Part shown: positions 23,747 to 36,868 of the stretch, piece by piece | How the letters are laid out: the number at the start of each line of letters is the position of its first letter | How positions within the stretch are numbered: the stretch's first letter is position 1 | NCBI GenBank assembly: GCA_001687465.1 | Contig: LVLI01000233.1 | Span: forward strand, 124,001 to 188,000 | Source: Halocafeteria seosinensis | Taxonomy: Eukaryota | Length of the DNA stretch: 64,000 nt | Direction: 5' to 3' | Made by a program: the position numbers and the translations under genes | The notes under the pieces: model-generated | Database searches by the model: none | What the model was told of the DNA's origin: nothing | Seen by the model: only the letters and a program-made list of their open reading frames with translations

Positions 23747-25767
23747 TTAAATTTGAACATCAGGTTTGAACACATTAAATCCCGAAGCAGCGGTAGAAAA
23801 GACCACTCCAGGAAGCTGCCTATGGAACCGTAGTTCCTTTATATCTTTTTGACCCTGCGAACCCAAATATTATATTCCATGCAATGTGACTTGCTGCCAC
23901 AATAATACTAGTCATAACGTACAGAATGTATGAAAAGCAACTGCGGTGGGACTTCAGCTTCCGTCGATTGTCCTTCAGAGGTAATTTTTCCGCTGAGAGC
24001 AGCATCGGTGTCGTCTTCGAGGGACATATCCCAAATCGTTATCGTGTTATCCTCAGCCGATACACCAATCACATTTTCATCCTGAGGATCCCACTCAATT
24101 GAAGTAATCGGGCTATTGTGGTATCGGAAGTGTGCAATGGGAGCATCTTCTGCATACAGAGCCAAGAAACCGAGAGTACTGTGCAGATATCAAGACAAGC
24201 CATACCAAAAACGGAGAAAGCTTACCTTTGAAATTCCGTAAATCCCATATCTTAAAACTTCCGTCGTCCGAACCGGATGCTAGTAGATACGGTATCTTTG
24301 TATTCCAACTAATGACATTCATATCGCAATCGGCGCCTTTAACCGAAATTTGACTCTTGGAAGGGTCGCGTGTATCCCAGATTCTAACCGTCTGATCCAC
24401 TCCGCAAGATGCGAAGACCGTAGCTTCGGTTGGGCTCCATTGTAAATCTTCAACGGAATCTGTGTGGCCACTGAAAGGGACTTTACTAATGCTCCAGGTA
24501 GCGGTGTTAGTGGTATCGGTGGCGACACAATTCGGTGGGACGCCCCCGGCAGTAGTAATAGCTTGGCCCGCTATAGCATCCCAAACATAAATGAACTTCT
24601 TGCAGTCTCCAGTCACTAGTCGCCCAGGAGAAACTCTACTCCAATCCATTGCAAAGCCTTCATCAGCATGACCTTTGAACGTATACACGGCTTCCTTGCG
24701 GGAAGTGGCCGGAGCAACAGGGGCTTGATCACCGGCGAATCCCCCATTTTTCATACCAGCATCGAGCGTAGCCAATTGAGGGCGGATATCATATAAGTTA
24801 ACTATCCCTTTGTCACTCCAAGTAGCGACCATATTAGGGTTTTGGGGCATGACTCGAACTCTGTTAATGCCACCGTCATGAGGAATCTTCTGTGTTTCCA
24901 AAACAGGATCTTCATCTACATCACTGTCGTCATCGGAAGATTCGCTGTCGTCATCGTGCTTGGTCTTCCGGAGTTCAGATACTTTCAGTACCTGCACGCT
25001 GTTTTTCGATGGACGATCAGCTTGAGTACCGGCAACGAAATAGGCACTGAGTGGAAACTGTAGCCAAGAAGTAAACAGAACACCACGAAGACCCAATATT
25101 GATAATCGCAATAGAGAATACTTAAGGATATACAATGGAATACCGTACCTTCGTTCTTCCCGCCCCAAGCCGATCTGGAACAATATCAATACTGAGACAA
25201 GGCCACTCGGGAGTCAACGCGTGGTACATCACGTATGCGTCACTCGAGTAGTCGAGTTTTTGTCCTTTCTCCAGTTTGTCAATACCCGGGCGGAACACCT
25301 GCCAAAGGAAGTTACGGGCGTGATAATTATACCACAATAGGACATATTGGAGTACCACCTACCTGTACATTGGTGCGATCCTCCTCCTCGTCTTCATTTT
25401 CTTCTTCCACTTGAGCATCAGTGGAAGGCTTTCCTGAGCCAGCAGCTGCAGACGCCGTAGTCATCTCAGCATTGCGTCTCGTATTCTCGTCCGTTTGTGT
25501 ATCCATTTCGTTGTCTGATTCATCCGAGGAGTCGAATTCATCCTCGAAGGGGTCCTCGAACTCTAGATCTTCCATACGTTCCACTACATCTTTATCTTCC
25601 GTAGCTGCTGCTTTACCTTCCTTCCTGGTACTCTTTTTGCCAGTTTGCTTGCTCTTCTGAGAACCAGATGCCTCATCCTGGCCACTGAAATGCACTTTTT
25701 GTGTGTTTGCGGAGGCGCCGGTGTCACCTGCTTCGCCATTGGCGGTTGGCTTCTCACGGCGCTTCAT
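23747..25767 (-). CDS. GRWD1: Glutamate-rich WD40 protein / ribosome assembly protein RRB1
   Basis: [16 protein letters not shown]...[30 protein letters not shown] and [20 protein letters not shown]. Confidence 0.95.
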
Positions 25768-26562
25768 TGCTTGTTTTATCTCCCTTCCAAGTGACCACCA
25801 CTGGAACACGACAAATAAATCCCTTGGTTCTAGTAGATACGATCCACAAACATTTATATAAAGCCTTGATTGTGCCGGAATCGTCCTTGTAAGACTACAC
25901 TGATCGCGCTTCAACCTCAACCTCGCTTGACTTCACAAACACGACAGTGTCCCTTGGGAGAATCAGTCAATACTGTACAGTGTACAGTACGAGAAGCGCG
26001 AATAATGCATGTGCTACCATAAAGTTGATGCGTGCATTATCTGCACTGTAGTGGTGTAACGCCGAAGAGATACACCCCTCTCCTCCTTGACGTCGCCTTT
26101 CTTGTCTATTCACTCCTTACAGACCCGGTGTAGCCCCCCTCCCCCAATTGCAATTCTCTCATTTCACTGTTTCTCCCTTTTTGCCGTATTATCATTGCAT
26201 ACACTCAGTTCTCGGGGACTGACTAGTCAAACGACACTGTACTTCAACAAAATCCACTTTGACACCGGCGAAGAGCTTCGAAATCTCTACCCCCGGAGCT
26301 AAACGGGTTGATACCACATCATTGGTCCTCACTGGGGACTCCTCAATAGTGGCTGTTAGTTTAGGGGAATGTTTGTACAGATTGAGCATGTGTTTGGTTA
26401 GGTACGTGTGAGAGGAGCTACACATGATGCGAGCGTGCCATCCGAACGGGATATTTGAATCAGATCTTCAGGAAGGATACCTACTGACGTATTCACGCTT
26501 TTTACTCGAGTAGCTCCTTGATAGAAGTATCTGCTTCATCTACTGCTTGTGTCAGAGTGGGT

Positions 26563-28702
26563 ATGGTGGTTCCTAAAGATGGACATATGCCAGCCATTAC
26601 CGCAGGATCGACCCCGTCAAGCAATGGATCGGTGGTTATACCGACATCAGACACACGTGAACCTTGCAGAAGCATTGAAGAGTCCAGTTTATTAGGAGAC
26701 GACCGGGAAGATAGTGGAGGTGAACAGCCTCCAGGAAATGACTTCCTCGTGCTCATCCCACATCTAGCAGCTCCCGTGGAAGCGGGGATTCAGCCAGCTC
26801 GGACCATAGGTGTCGTTAGTTTGGCGTTTCTTGCATATGTTTCAGTGTGTGGTGGTAAGCTTATGTAGTTGTCTTTTACATGTCCTGTCGGTGGCACCAA
26901 TACCTTACGTTGCGTTCGTTTGCAGGACCTTTTGGAATTGAGCCAGCAGTAGGAGCCGCAGGACCACTGATAACCCTCATTGCCCTTATCGTTGCTGGGA
27001 TCTTTTGGGCCTTGCCTCAGTCTTTGTTAACAGCAGGTAAGTGCGTTCTGGATGGCCAATGTCCTGCGTCCCGGTACTTTGTTGGTAAGCTTACATTCTC
27101 CGCTTCGTACTGACAGAGCTGTCTACAATCTATGATGAAAACGGTGGCTACATTGTGTGGGTACAAGAGTCGCTGGGTCCATTTTGGGGGTTCGTAAACG
27201 GTCAAAATGCTCTCGTGGCCAATTTATGCGATCTGCCCTCCTATGTAGTATTATATGCCAGTTACTTACAACAGTTCTTCCATATGAGTTTGGCTATGGA
27301 TATTACCGTGAAGTTCCTGACATTGGCGCTTGTAGTTACGTTAAACGTTCTTGGTATGGAGACGGTGGCTATAACGTCCATTATTTTTACCATGATCGTT
27401 CTTACACCCTTTGCTATCGAACCTTTTATGGCTTCGATAGCTCCTGAAGAATGGTCTGGCGTGAAAGACAAAATCGATTGGGGGTGAGTAGAGTACCATG
27501 TATTGCAGGATAACATGTACCCTTTTGTCGGCAGCACGAATGTTCTGTTCTTCTGATTTGCAGTGTGCTCGTGGCAGCTGTCTTATGGAACTACCAAGGA
27601 TGGAACACTTTAGGCTGTGTCGCTGGCGAAGTAAAAAACGCTAAGCGGAGGTAAGGCGTCAAGTTAAATACTTCTCCCCATCCTCAAGAAACAAGGTTTC
27701 GCACTGTGCAGCTATCCTATTGGAGTTCTTGTGGCTATTGCTATGGTAGTTTTCACGTATGCGATCCCCATTATGGTAGGGGTGGTCGTGGAGCCGGAAT
27801 GGGAGCAATGGGGCGACGAAGTTGACTTCGTGGACATAGCTGGAAAGATTGCAAAATGGCTTGGTATATTTACTCTGTTAGGGGCTAGTCTTGCCCTCAT
27901 TGGGGAATTCTCTGCTGCTCTAAGCTCTTCGTCGAGAGCTCTGCAGCGGATGGCAGGTTATGGCATGGTACCAAAGTTCCTCGTCAAAAACAAAACTCGC
28001 TTTGCAACTCCGGTTCCTTCGATCTTGTTTGAGGCGGCAGCAACCGGAGGCTTAATGTTTTTCGATATTTCAACACTGATGATTATCACGACGTTGTTCA
28101 ACAACATATCGATAGTGATGCAAATCATCTCTTTCTTGTACTTGAGATACAAATATCCGGAAATGAAGCGTCCTTACAAAGTACCGTGTGGCAAATTCGG
28201 TGCCGTGTTTGTCACAATCCCTCAGATACTTGTGGTTATCTATGCCACGTATAGTTTCGGCATTGGTTGGCAAGTAGGGCTTGGATTTGGTTTAAACGTT
28301 CTCTACCTTATCGCAGCATACTGGTGGGCTTATAAATACTTGCCCCAGGCTGAAAGGCGCTACACAGCAGAACATCTAGCTGAGGAAGTGAAAAAGGCAA
28401 CCGAATCGATGGAAATGGGAGCGATAGATACTCAGAAGACTCCTGTTAGACACAGAAGTAATAGCGGTCGATCACCGTTGCCCAACAACGATAGGCGAAG
28501 GAGTTACGATAGTGCTCTTGAGAAAAAGTCGAGCTTGCTCTCGAAGAAAGCGAAATCGCACACGTCGAAACGGAGCGATTCCACGAGTAACCTCCCCCTT
28601 TGTGACAACGACAGTCTTCAAGGAGATAAATCACCCCATAGTGAACCAGGTTCGCAGCGACTCAGTCCGTTACCCTGTCGCTATGGCTCGATGAGTAGCT
28701 AG
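26563..28702 (+). CDS. APC-superfamily polyamine/amino-acid permease, paralog B
   Basis: Same motifs as paralog A ([40 protein letters not shown]). An in-frame upstream ATG at 26388 is possible via intron 26402-26513. Confidence 0.92.
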
Positions 28703-29237
28703 CTATAGTTGCCTCGTTGGGGTATCTCCCAGTGTCGCCACTACTTCTCCAAATCGGGTGCATCTACACGTTGCAAATCATTAACCGTATCGGCAATTCG
28801 ACCCGAAAGCACTCATCCATCATTATTTTCTATTTCTAAACGAGGCCTATGATAGGCAGCCTGCCAAGCGCACTAGCGAAAGTACAACCCTTCCACAAAC
28901 TTCCGAAGCTCGAGCCTCGGAATTTCGAGTCGGAAAGCGAGGTTCTCGAGCACGAACGCGCGTGGTTTTGTGAAGGTTACCCATGGTTCCCCAGCCGTTA
29001 AGACGAAGTTCAGGGGGATACAGCTCCATATACATGCAGTTTGTTACTTTCCAAGACACAATGATGCGTGCTTTGTCTGTAACTGCTGTGGAAGAGAGTG
29101 TGAGCCAGGCTGTTGTCTTATAGAGTGAAGAGGATACAAACCGTCGTTTTTTGGGGGTACTTTCTCCCACAGACCGATTCTTATTGTGTTTAAAGTGAAC
29201 GTCTATCCAGCTCCAAGCTTGACTTGGGTATGCAAGA

Positions 29238-32200
29238 ATGTCGTCTTCAGGATGGAGAACCACACGCCGAGGAAAGGCTTCCGCTGCCTCGACTAAGAAG
29301 CCGGCCTCTGAAAATACGAGTAGCAGCGCCTTAGCAGGAAGTAAACCGCAAGAGAAGGGAGGAGAGTCTAACAAAGCTGATGCAATGCTGAAAAGCATTT
29401 TAGACAAGTGTCAAAAGTCAAAACAGTCCTTCAATCCGAGCGCGCTGACTGTAAAGAAATTTGTACAAGAAGACCCCCAAAAGATGGAGGAAGTGGCGAC
29501 AAGTTTCACGAAGTACCTCGAAGTTTGTATGCCTGTTTACAAGAAATGTGACCCAGTCGATCGGGTAATTTCGTTCGTTGGTGAGCTCTGTAGAACCCTT
29601 GGAGCGCCTTTTGGAGATGAGCTGGGAATAGAATTGGTTTCGGTAAGGAGACAGCTTGCTACAGGTTCGTCATGGGGTTTTTCTTAGACTAGACGTTGCA
29701 CTGTCTTGCTCTACAGCACTTCATAAAATTCTGGAACGCCAAAGATAAAGGAGTTCGATTTCGAGTTTGTCAACTATTGTGCACCATATTAGGAAACCTA
29801 TCAGAAGAAGTAGAAATCAGGTATGTTATAAAGAGTTGCCCTGGATAACGGCGCTGTGCGTCACCGTGTGGGCAAGTTGCAGCGATAAGCTATGGTCCGA
29901 ACTAGTAGAACGCATGAAACAACGCACCTTTGATAAAATTGGCCCCATCCGAGCACAAGCAGTCCGTGCTGTAGAGCGGCTGCAAGATATCACTGATCCC
30001 AGTTGTCCCATTGTCAAGAGACTCTGCCATGTTATGGAGAACGATTCTAACAAGTAAGGAAAGCATACAGGTTGGATTCTTGTCATCTCTTCAATATGTT
30101 GTGCCTGTGTCGCAGAGAAGTTCGAGCAGAAGCAGTCAACACTGTGGCACTTACTGAGGTTACGTTAAACTTCGTGATGAGAAGAACCAAAGATGTTGAG
30201 GAACCAGTCAGGATGGTACGTGATGTACAAATTGTACATTATTTAGATCACTGTGACACCTGTTCCTACATCATTGTCTTTGGGCAGGCGGCTATCCGCA
30301 ACATTGATGAGCGCGTTGCATGTACGTCCCTATCCATTGAGCAGCGGATTAGTCTGCTCCGAACTGCGTTCTCAGATCGCTCAACCAAAGTGCGCCAGGC
30401 TACTGGACACATGCTTGTATCTTGGCTAGCTCGTTGCAAGTTCGACTTATGTCAACTACTCGGCTTGCTCGATGTTGTGTCAAATTTCGAGCTGGCTAAG
30501 AACACGATATTTGAGTTGATAGACATGGCTGGCAGAGGAGCAACTGAGCAAAACGTAGGAGGCACAAATTCCAAGAATAGCACTGGCCTTGCTCAGAACA
30601 GAACTACTGAATCCCAATTGAGCGTGAAAGAACGCTTTGATGGTCTTCTCCACAGTTTGAACAGCCCCGTTTGGGAAAACGGCGATTCCGAAGTCGAAGA
30701 GTCAGAACTAGTGGACTTCAGCAAGTCACTTACGCCAGAAAGAACGGCTCTTTGGATATGTCTGGTCGAAAGAGCTTCCTCAACTAGTTCACGGGTTCCA
30801 ATACTGGAGAAAATGGTACCGACTCTATCCCAAATATGCTTCATGATATTCTCCCTTTGCGACGAACCGCAAAACCTAGGTGATGAGGGTGATGAGGAAG
30901 AACTCGCAGACATTGCTGCCCAGCGACAATTTATGATTGAGTGTCTCTTGAACGTTTCAGAGAGTTGCGATTTTCACGATGAAATGGGGCGACAGAGATT
31001 TATCCTTCTTGTGAAAGAACTCATGGGACATAAAGGTCCTCGATCTGAAGATGAACCTTCTAGTATGTTAAGTTTTATGTTACTAGGGAGCGAAGACGCC
31101 GGTCCTGACGGAATCAGTGCCCCTTGGCTGTGGCAAGCAAGTTCTGATCGAAGAAGAATGGCACATCTGGGTCAAATTGGAGTAGGAATTGCTGTCGAGG
31201 GAGCCCCGTTGCTGTATGGCTTTATGAAAGCCTTGCTTCGAGTCATTGGAAGGCGCGAAGAGTTTGTGAGACTAGTAGTAGACGTGCTCGAAGATCTGCT
31301 CGATTCGGGGGACAACGACGACGAAGAGGAATTGGCAACCATACGAAACCGAACAGCATCTGCATCTGAGTACTACACACAGTGGGTTCGTGCATTGCAT
31401 ATCACTGCCGCGGTACTGAAACTAAGCGAGTGCAATCTTCAAACGCCGGAGCTGGCCGATTTAATACCCACAGTGATCTTACCGGGAATAACAAGCGAGT
31501 TCTGTGCCGTCCGTACGTTGGCTGTGTACTCGCTTGGATTGGCCGTAATGGTGGGAGGAACGACTCCTTCAGATTCTGCTCAACCCGGACACACATCCGT
31601 AGACTTAGCGAGACGACACTTTCCCCTTCTTGTGACAGCCCTAGAAAAAGACGAGCTCTCTGTTAGGATGGTAGCGCTGCAAGTCCTGACGGACTGGATG
31701 CTACTATTCAATCCTTTTGAACTATGTAACGAAACCTCAAATTGTTTCCCTATAGAGCTTCTTTTAAGTTACTTGGGGCCACAGGGTAAACAGAAACTCT
31801 TGACAATTGACGAGCCACGTATGCAGAGTATTGCTGCTGAGTCTGTGTCGAAGCTGACATTTACAGGACGTCTCAACGACAACTTAGGAATAAAACGGAG
31901 GGCGTTGTCCGCACTTCTGCGATCGTACTTTACGCCGTCACCAGAGTTCGACGAAGAATCCGAACAGAAGAAGCAAGAACAGTTTGAAGAGGAAGACTTA
32001 GGCGATGAGGAACTCACTCAAATTGTTAAGACGAAACAAGCGGCCGAAATGAGAATGCGCCAATCACTTGGCACTTTCTTTGTGACCTTTTCAAAGATGT
32101 CCTCGCAGAATCAAACTGATTTAGCTATCGCAAGTTGTGCCGCCATCCGCCTCTTGGCCACCGACATTGCCGTATCCACCACAACACCTTCTTCAGTAGA

Positions 32201-33044
32201 CACTGAGGAGAGACTGACGTCATTCCAGTATGCGCTACAATTTATCGCATTCTTGAATCAACCAACTGATGCTCAGGGGGACTGCCGCGACACAAGGGTT
32301 GTCGAATACTTTGAGCTTCCTTGCTCTGTCAGCTACCACCAACTTCTCGCCTTAACTATAGGTGGGACAATTCTGGAGAATATCCCCGTTCAAGTTGCAA
32401 CTATGCTCGTGCAGGGTATAGATAAATTACTCCTTGCTGAGAACGGAGGTAGTGACTCTTTCAAACTATTTTGTGGTGTGATGAAGTATGTATGTTCTGA
32501 ACTGACAGGAGGAGTGTCCAAACTGCTTGCGAAGTCATTGAAACCAATCACTTCTGAATCCGTCGAAGCAATTTCGGAAGATGAACAACCGATACTACGC
32601 TCTCTGTTGTCGAAGGTAGACGACATTGCGTTTCCGCCCACTAATACTGCGCCTGTGTCAGCTTCCAGTAACCAATCAGCAATTGAAGGCGCAGCTCCTG
32701 CGGAAGAAGCCCATAATGATTCTGATTCACCCGACGAGGAAGGTACCAGCTTCTCTCCTCAGGCCCAGGTGAGGCAGAAACCAAACAAAAAGAAGAAGCG
32801 CATGAGCATGGGGATGGCTTTTGTACAGTCCCAGGTTGAGTCTTTTCAACACCAGCATCAATCTGAAGAGGAATCGGACTCTGATGACAGTTTCGTTTCC
32901 GCGAACGAAGAAAATACGGGTGAAGGAAATACAGCTCGACGACCAAAGGAAAGGGGAAGTACGGAAAGCCATGTTGGCCCCAGTGGCCGGAATTCTATGA
33001 GTCTGAATGCGGAGGAAATAGAGAATGCCCTTGCCGAACTATGA
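29238..33044 (+). CDS. NCAPG: Condensin complex subunit 3 (CAP-G / YCG1)
   Basis: HEAT-repeat motifs AKDKGVRFRVCQ, IRAQAVRAVERLQD, RRTKDVEEPVR, DFHDEMGR, AAESVSKL and MRQSLGTFF. Confidence 0.92.
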
Positions 33045-33161
33045 AGTAACTACGCGAAAAAATACTACCTTCGTTAATGTAGCTTGTGGTATACAGAACT
33101 TGAATACATTTATCACTCGAAACGAATCTATTGTGTCTGTTGTTTGTACACGTGTCTTCAA

Positions 33162-34306
33162 TTATGCATAGTCAAAAATGGACGAAGTCTCTTCTTCGTA
33201 CGTTGTCTCCTCTGTCGTGACCGAATCACCGGCAACAGATTTGCGCTCCCCTTGATCCGAGGAAGGACCTTCTCGTGGGCGCTTTCGGCCAACATGTGCC
33301 ACCCGCTCTTGGTTCTTCCGCTGGAGGCTTTGGATGTAATCCGACACAAGGTTGTCTTCCCTTGCCGCATCCCCTGCGCGAGGTTCCTTTGGAGAAGGCC
33401 CCCGCTTACGAATAGGTGGTTTCTTCTGCTGCGCCTTGAGCTTTTCCTGTTGAGACGGTTCCTTACTCAAAATCTCGAACGAGTTCGTGCACACAACTTC
33501 TCCTGTCAAGGAGATATAGAAAGCGAAACGGAAAGGAACATCACCGAAATTCTTGCTGATAGGGAGGTACTTTCGGTGAATCTGCACAGTCAGCGTGTCA
33601 TTTCCGCTGTCCAAGTCGTATGAGAATATCTCATCGGGCACTTGAAGCATTTTGATTTTCTTTTCCTCCTTGTCGTACAGGGGAATCTGGGCCCCATCAA
33701 AGCGCAAGAGCTTCCCTCGGACAACTGAATGAAGGCCGTCCTTGGCACTGATGCCCTTCATTCCATCCATAGCATCTTGGGCAAGGGCAATCTTGATCTT
33801 GAGGAGAGAAGAGGAGTCCTGCGGAACACGGGGCCAAAAAAAATGGTTTTCGCGGTTGAAGCAGGTTCCGGCGTGAATATTCACACCACCTTGAAGTCGG
33901 TTCAAACATAACTTACCAGCTTGTCCTGTTCGTCCCGCTGATAGTTGTATACGGGCATCCCATCAGGAATATCGTAGTCAGGAAGAACATGAGACTGGAT
34001 AGGAGCATCGTAATCCTCTTGGTCGTCCTTGGGAGAGGCTTCATCCAGCAAAGGAGCGCTTCCGCTGCAGCAGGGGAAGAGTCCGTCGTCATCCAAGCTA
34101 AAGGGCTTGAGAGACACAATACCGTCGTTGATTTTAAGGAAACCATTGCCCTCAACGTATCCACCGAAACTCAACGGAGAGCTCTCAGAAAAGAGAGAGC
34201 CCTGAGGCGATGACTGATAGCACCGGACATTCTCGCCCGGAGTCACCTCATCCAGGGGACCAAAGGTCCCCATAAAGTCCTTTTTTGTTGAACTGTTCAT
34301 GGTCAT
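33162..34306 (-). CDS. Hypothetical protein, putative Ig-fold (p53-like superfamily) DNA-binding protein
   Basis: Two exons joined by a phase-0 intron 33917-33820. Beta-rich core ends ISKNFGDVPFRFAF...VVCTNSFEILSK and is followed by basic NLS-like KKPPIRKR. Confidence 0.6.
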
Positions 34307-34806
34307 GGTGGGTCAGAAGTGATTGGGTTACTACTTGGAACGCCATTTTTATTTAACTTTGGGGAGGTGTTTGGTTACACCTTTTCTTCCGTTCACTTTA
34401 GGTAAACCTTGGTTGCTTAGGAGGGAGTATGGGGATACTCTCTATTTAGAGTGCCATCGTTCACTATCTACAAAAAACGACTGCGCACACTCAAAAAACT
34501 TCATCCACTTCAATCCAAAACTGTTTACTCATTGTTCGTCGGCTCAAAGTTGTCCCGCAACGGAAACCGTCTTTTGTGAACGTGAAGTTCGTCGTGATTC
34601 GAGTCGTTCGACTCGTGAACCCCGGATTGCTGTGGGGTGGTGCCACCGTGGTGGGTATCGAGAATCGTTGGTTAGTTACTTCACGTGCTTTGGAAGAAAC
34701 GTAGCGTGAATCCAACACGTAAGATTTTAACTTTGAAGTCAGTCTATCTCTTTCATTCAGAGCTTCCGCAGCAAGTTTCGCTGCGTCCTAGGCCCATGAT
34801 TGTCAC

Positions 34807-36426
34807 TTAACAACATGACCCTTTGCCCGTCTCTACGTTCTTACTCCAGTCTTGCGAAGGAAAACACCCGAAGGCAAGTCTTTCCTTTTCACCGAGGCCA
34901 AATGCTCCCAGGTGCTTTCCTGGTTCTTTCACTTCAAACTCTTCCTCGTAACGCGAATTCTGCAACATGAGTGCTGTGTTCTTATCAATCTTCTTTGAAA
35001 TGCCCCGCGGGAACACCTGAGTAACAACGAATCTACATCAATAGGGTACACCATTGCTACATTACATTAGAAACGGTCTTACTTGGCCAAGCCCAAACGT
35101 GAATTCATTGTCGGACCCAACATAAACAGTTTCCTGACCGTAGTCTTCGGGCCCATCTTCAAGATCAGATATCTTGAACGCACGTATAGTTTGAGAGTAG
35201 AAGCGCGCATGACCAAGTTTCCGCATGGCTTCACTACTGAGATTCAATTTGATTTCTCTGTTGGTCACTGCTCGGTAGTCATTGAAGCCAGCATTCTGCG
35301 GACGCAATCGCAGTGTACATTGCACCCAGTCTAACAATGCAAGAGAAAACAATTACCTTCATTAGTCTCCTGAAGTCATTAGTATACAACGCGCCTGACA
35401 GGCATTCTCCATACAGCATGGTATCTCGTTTAGCCGCATCGGGTATCCTTCTGTCGCTGTACACATCTGAAAAGTATAGTTCTCCTCCTGACGGTCCAAG
35501 CACACAATGATTAATCTCCAAGCAAGAAAAGAGACACTCGAATAGCATTTGATCGGTACCTTCTTTCAGAATTTTCCATATTTGCTGAATCACTTTCCTT
35601 TTGTCCGAGGCCAGATTGACAACACAGTTAGAAATAACCTGTATGTAGTGGATGCAAATGACAGTCATGTGATAAAAACTTAATTGAATCTACAACTTAC
35701 GACATCTATGGAGGAATCTTCGATGCCAGCTGCTGGGATGTTCTCGATGTGGCCATCCAAGAAAAGTGTGTTCTTCTGAGCAAATCTGCAGAAGACTACC
35801 TGTTGTCAGTCAGCTGCTCTACGCCGCATGATCAAATTGTACTGAGGCATACCCAAATTTTTCTCGGTGCCATTCCTCGTATTTTCTGGCTACCTCAAGC
35901 TGCTCAGGTGTCATGTCAATTCCGATAACTTTGCCCTTTTCTCCCACTGATAGGACTCATATCCGCTTGCAATAACGTAAGCTGCCATATATACCCGACG
36001 GCGCAACGTACCAAGTTGAGACGCCAAGAAACAGTCCCTCCCTGTTCCACATCCCAAATCAAGAACCGTCTTACCTTCCTGCAAAATAGCTAAGCTTTAC
36101 ATGCCCGTCCTAGGTGTATGCGAATCTCCAGGGGAGGGGCTTACCAGCAAGGGAGGCACGGGAGATCCACATCCGTAGAATCGATCAGTCACTTCAGGGT
36201 GGACATTCTTCAAGAGCTTTCGAATCTGCTTTGATTCTTCGCCCTGTGTAAACAAACGACAATTGGGTTTTTTGACGGGAATTTCAGTTCAGCTGAAGAC
36301 ATGCCATACCAGAACACAACACGCATCGGTGGCAAGATCCTTCGTAGAGGTTAGAGTTTTCCCGTAGTACTCTTGCACTTTCTCGTAGACACCATCAGCG
36401 TCTCCGTTCACTTCACTGGAGGACAT
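34807..36426 (-). CDS. AS3MT: Arsenite S-adenosylmethionine methyltransferase (many short exons)
   Basis: VQEYYGKTL...DLATDAC, FYGCGSPVP, VLDLGCGTGRD, ISNCVVNL, GGELYFSDVY, YGECLSGAL and EDYGQ. Confidence 0.95.
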
Positions 36427-36868
36427 GATACGTATGTGTATGGAGTATTACCAGTAATTTACCACCACTTCCAGGCTGAACTTCGATTTCCTCTGTCGAA
36501 ACACTCAAGTATACAAGATTGACCACATGTACAAAGAGAATCAATACATCTCGAAATATCCAGATTGAAATTTCGTAATCATATTACGTGGCCTTCATGC
36601 TGGAACCATGAACAGCCGAAGCGATCGCCGATCGGCCCAAAACTCCCAACTTCAATGACGTGCGGAAAGTGTGAAATAATGAGCTGACATACACTCTATA
36701 CAGGATGATATGCACACGTATTGTACGCTAGCTGTACTGGAACGAAATATATCTTTTACTTCTGAGCGTTTCCTTCTTGAGTTGGTGCTTGGTGGAGTGA
36801 TTGGCTGGATACAACCTGCGTTCTTCAACTTGGGTCTGGAATAGCTAGGGGTCCATGATACTTTGGTC

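Noticed and set aside
28847..29407. 186-aa minus-strand ORF and similar antisense ORFs over SMC4, RIB7 and others
   Set aside because: Shadow frames of well-supported genes on the opposite strand.
33890..33917. Possible 28-nt micro-intron in the putative transcription factor gene
   Set aside because: That acceptor leads to an immediate stop. The acceptor at 33820 keeps the frame with a normal-sized intron.
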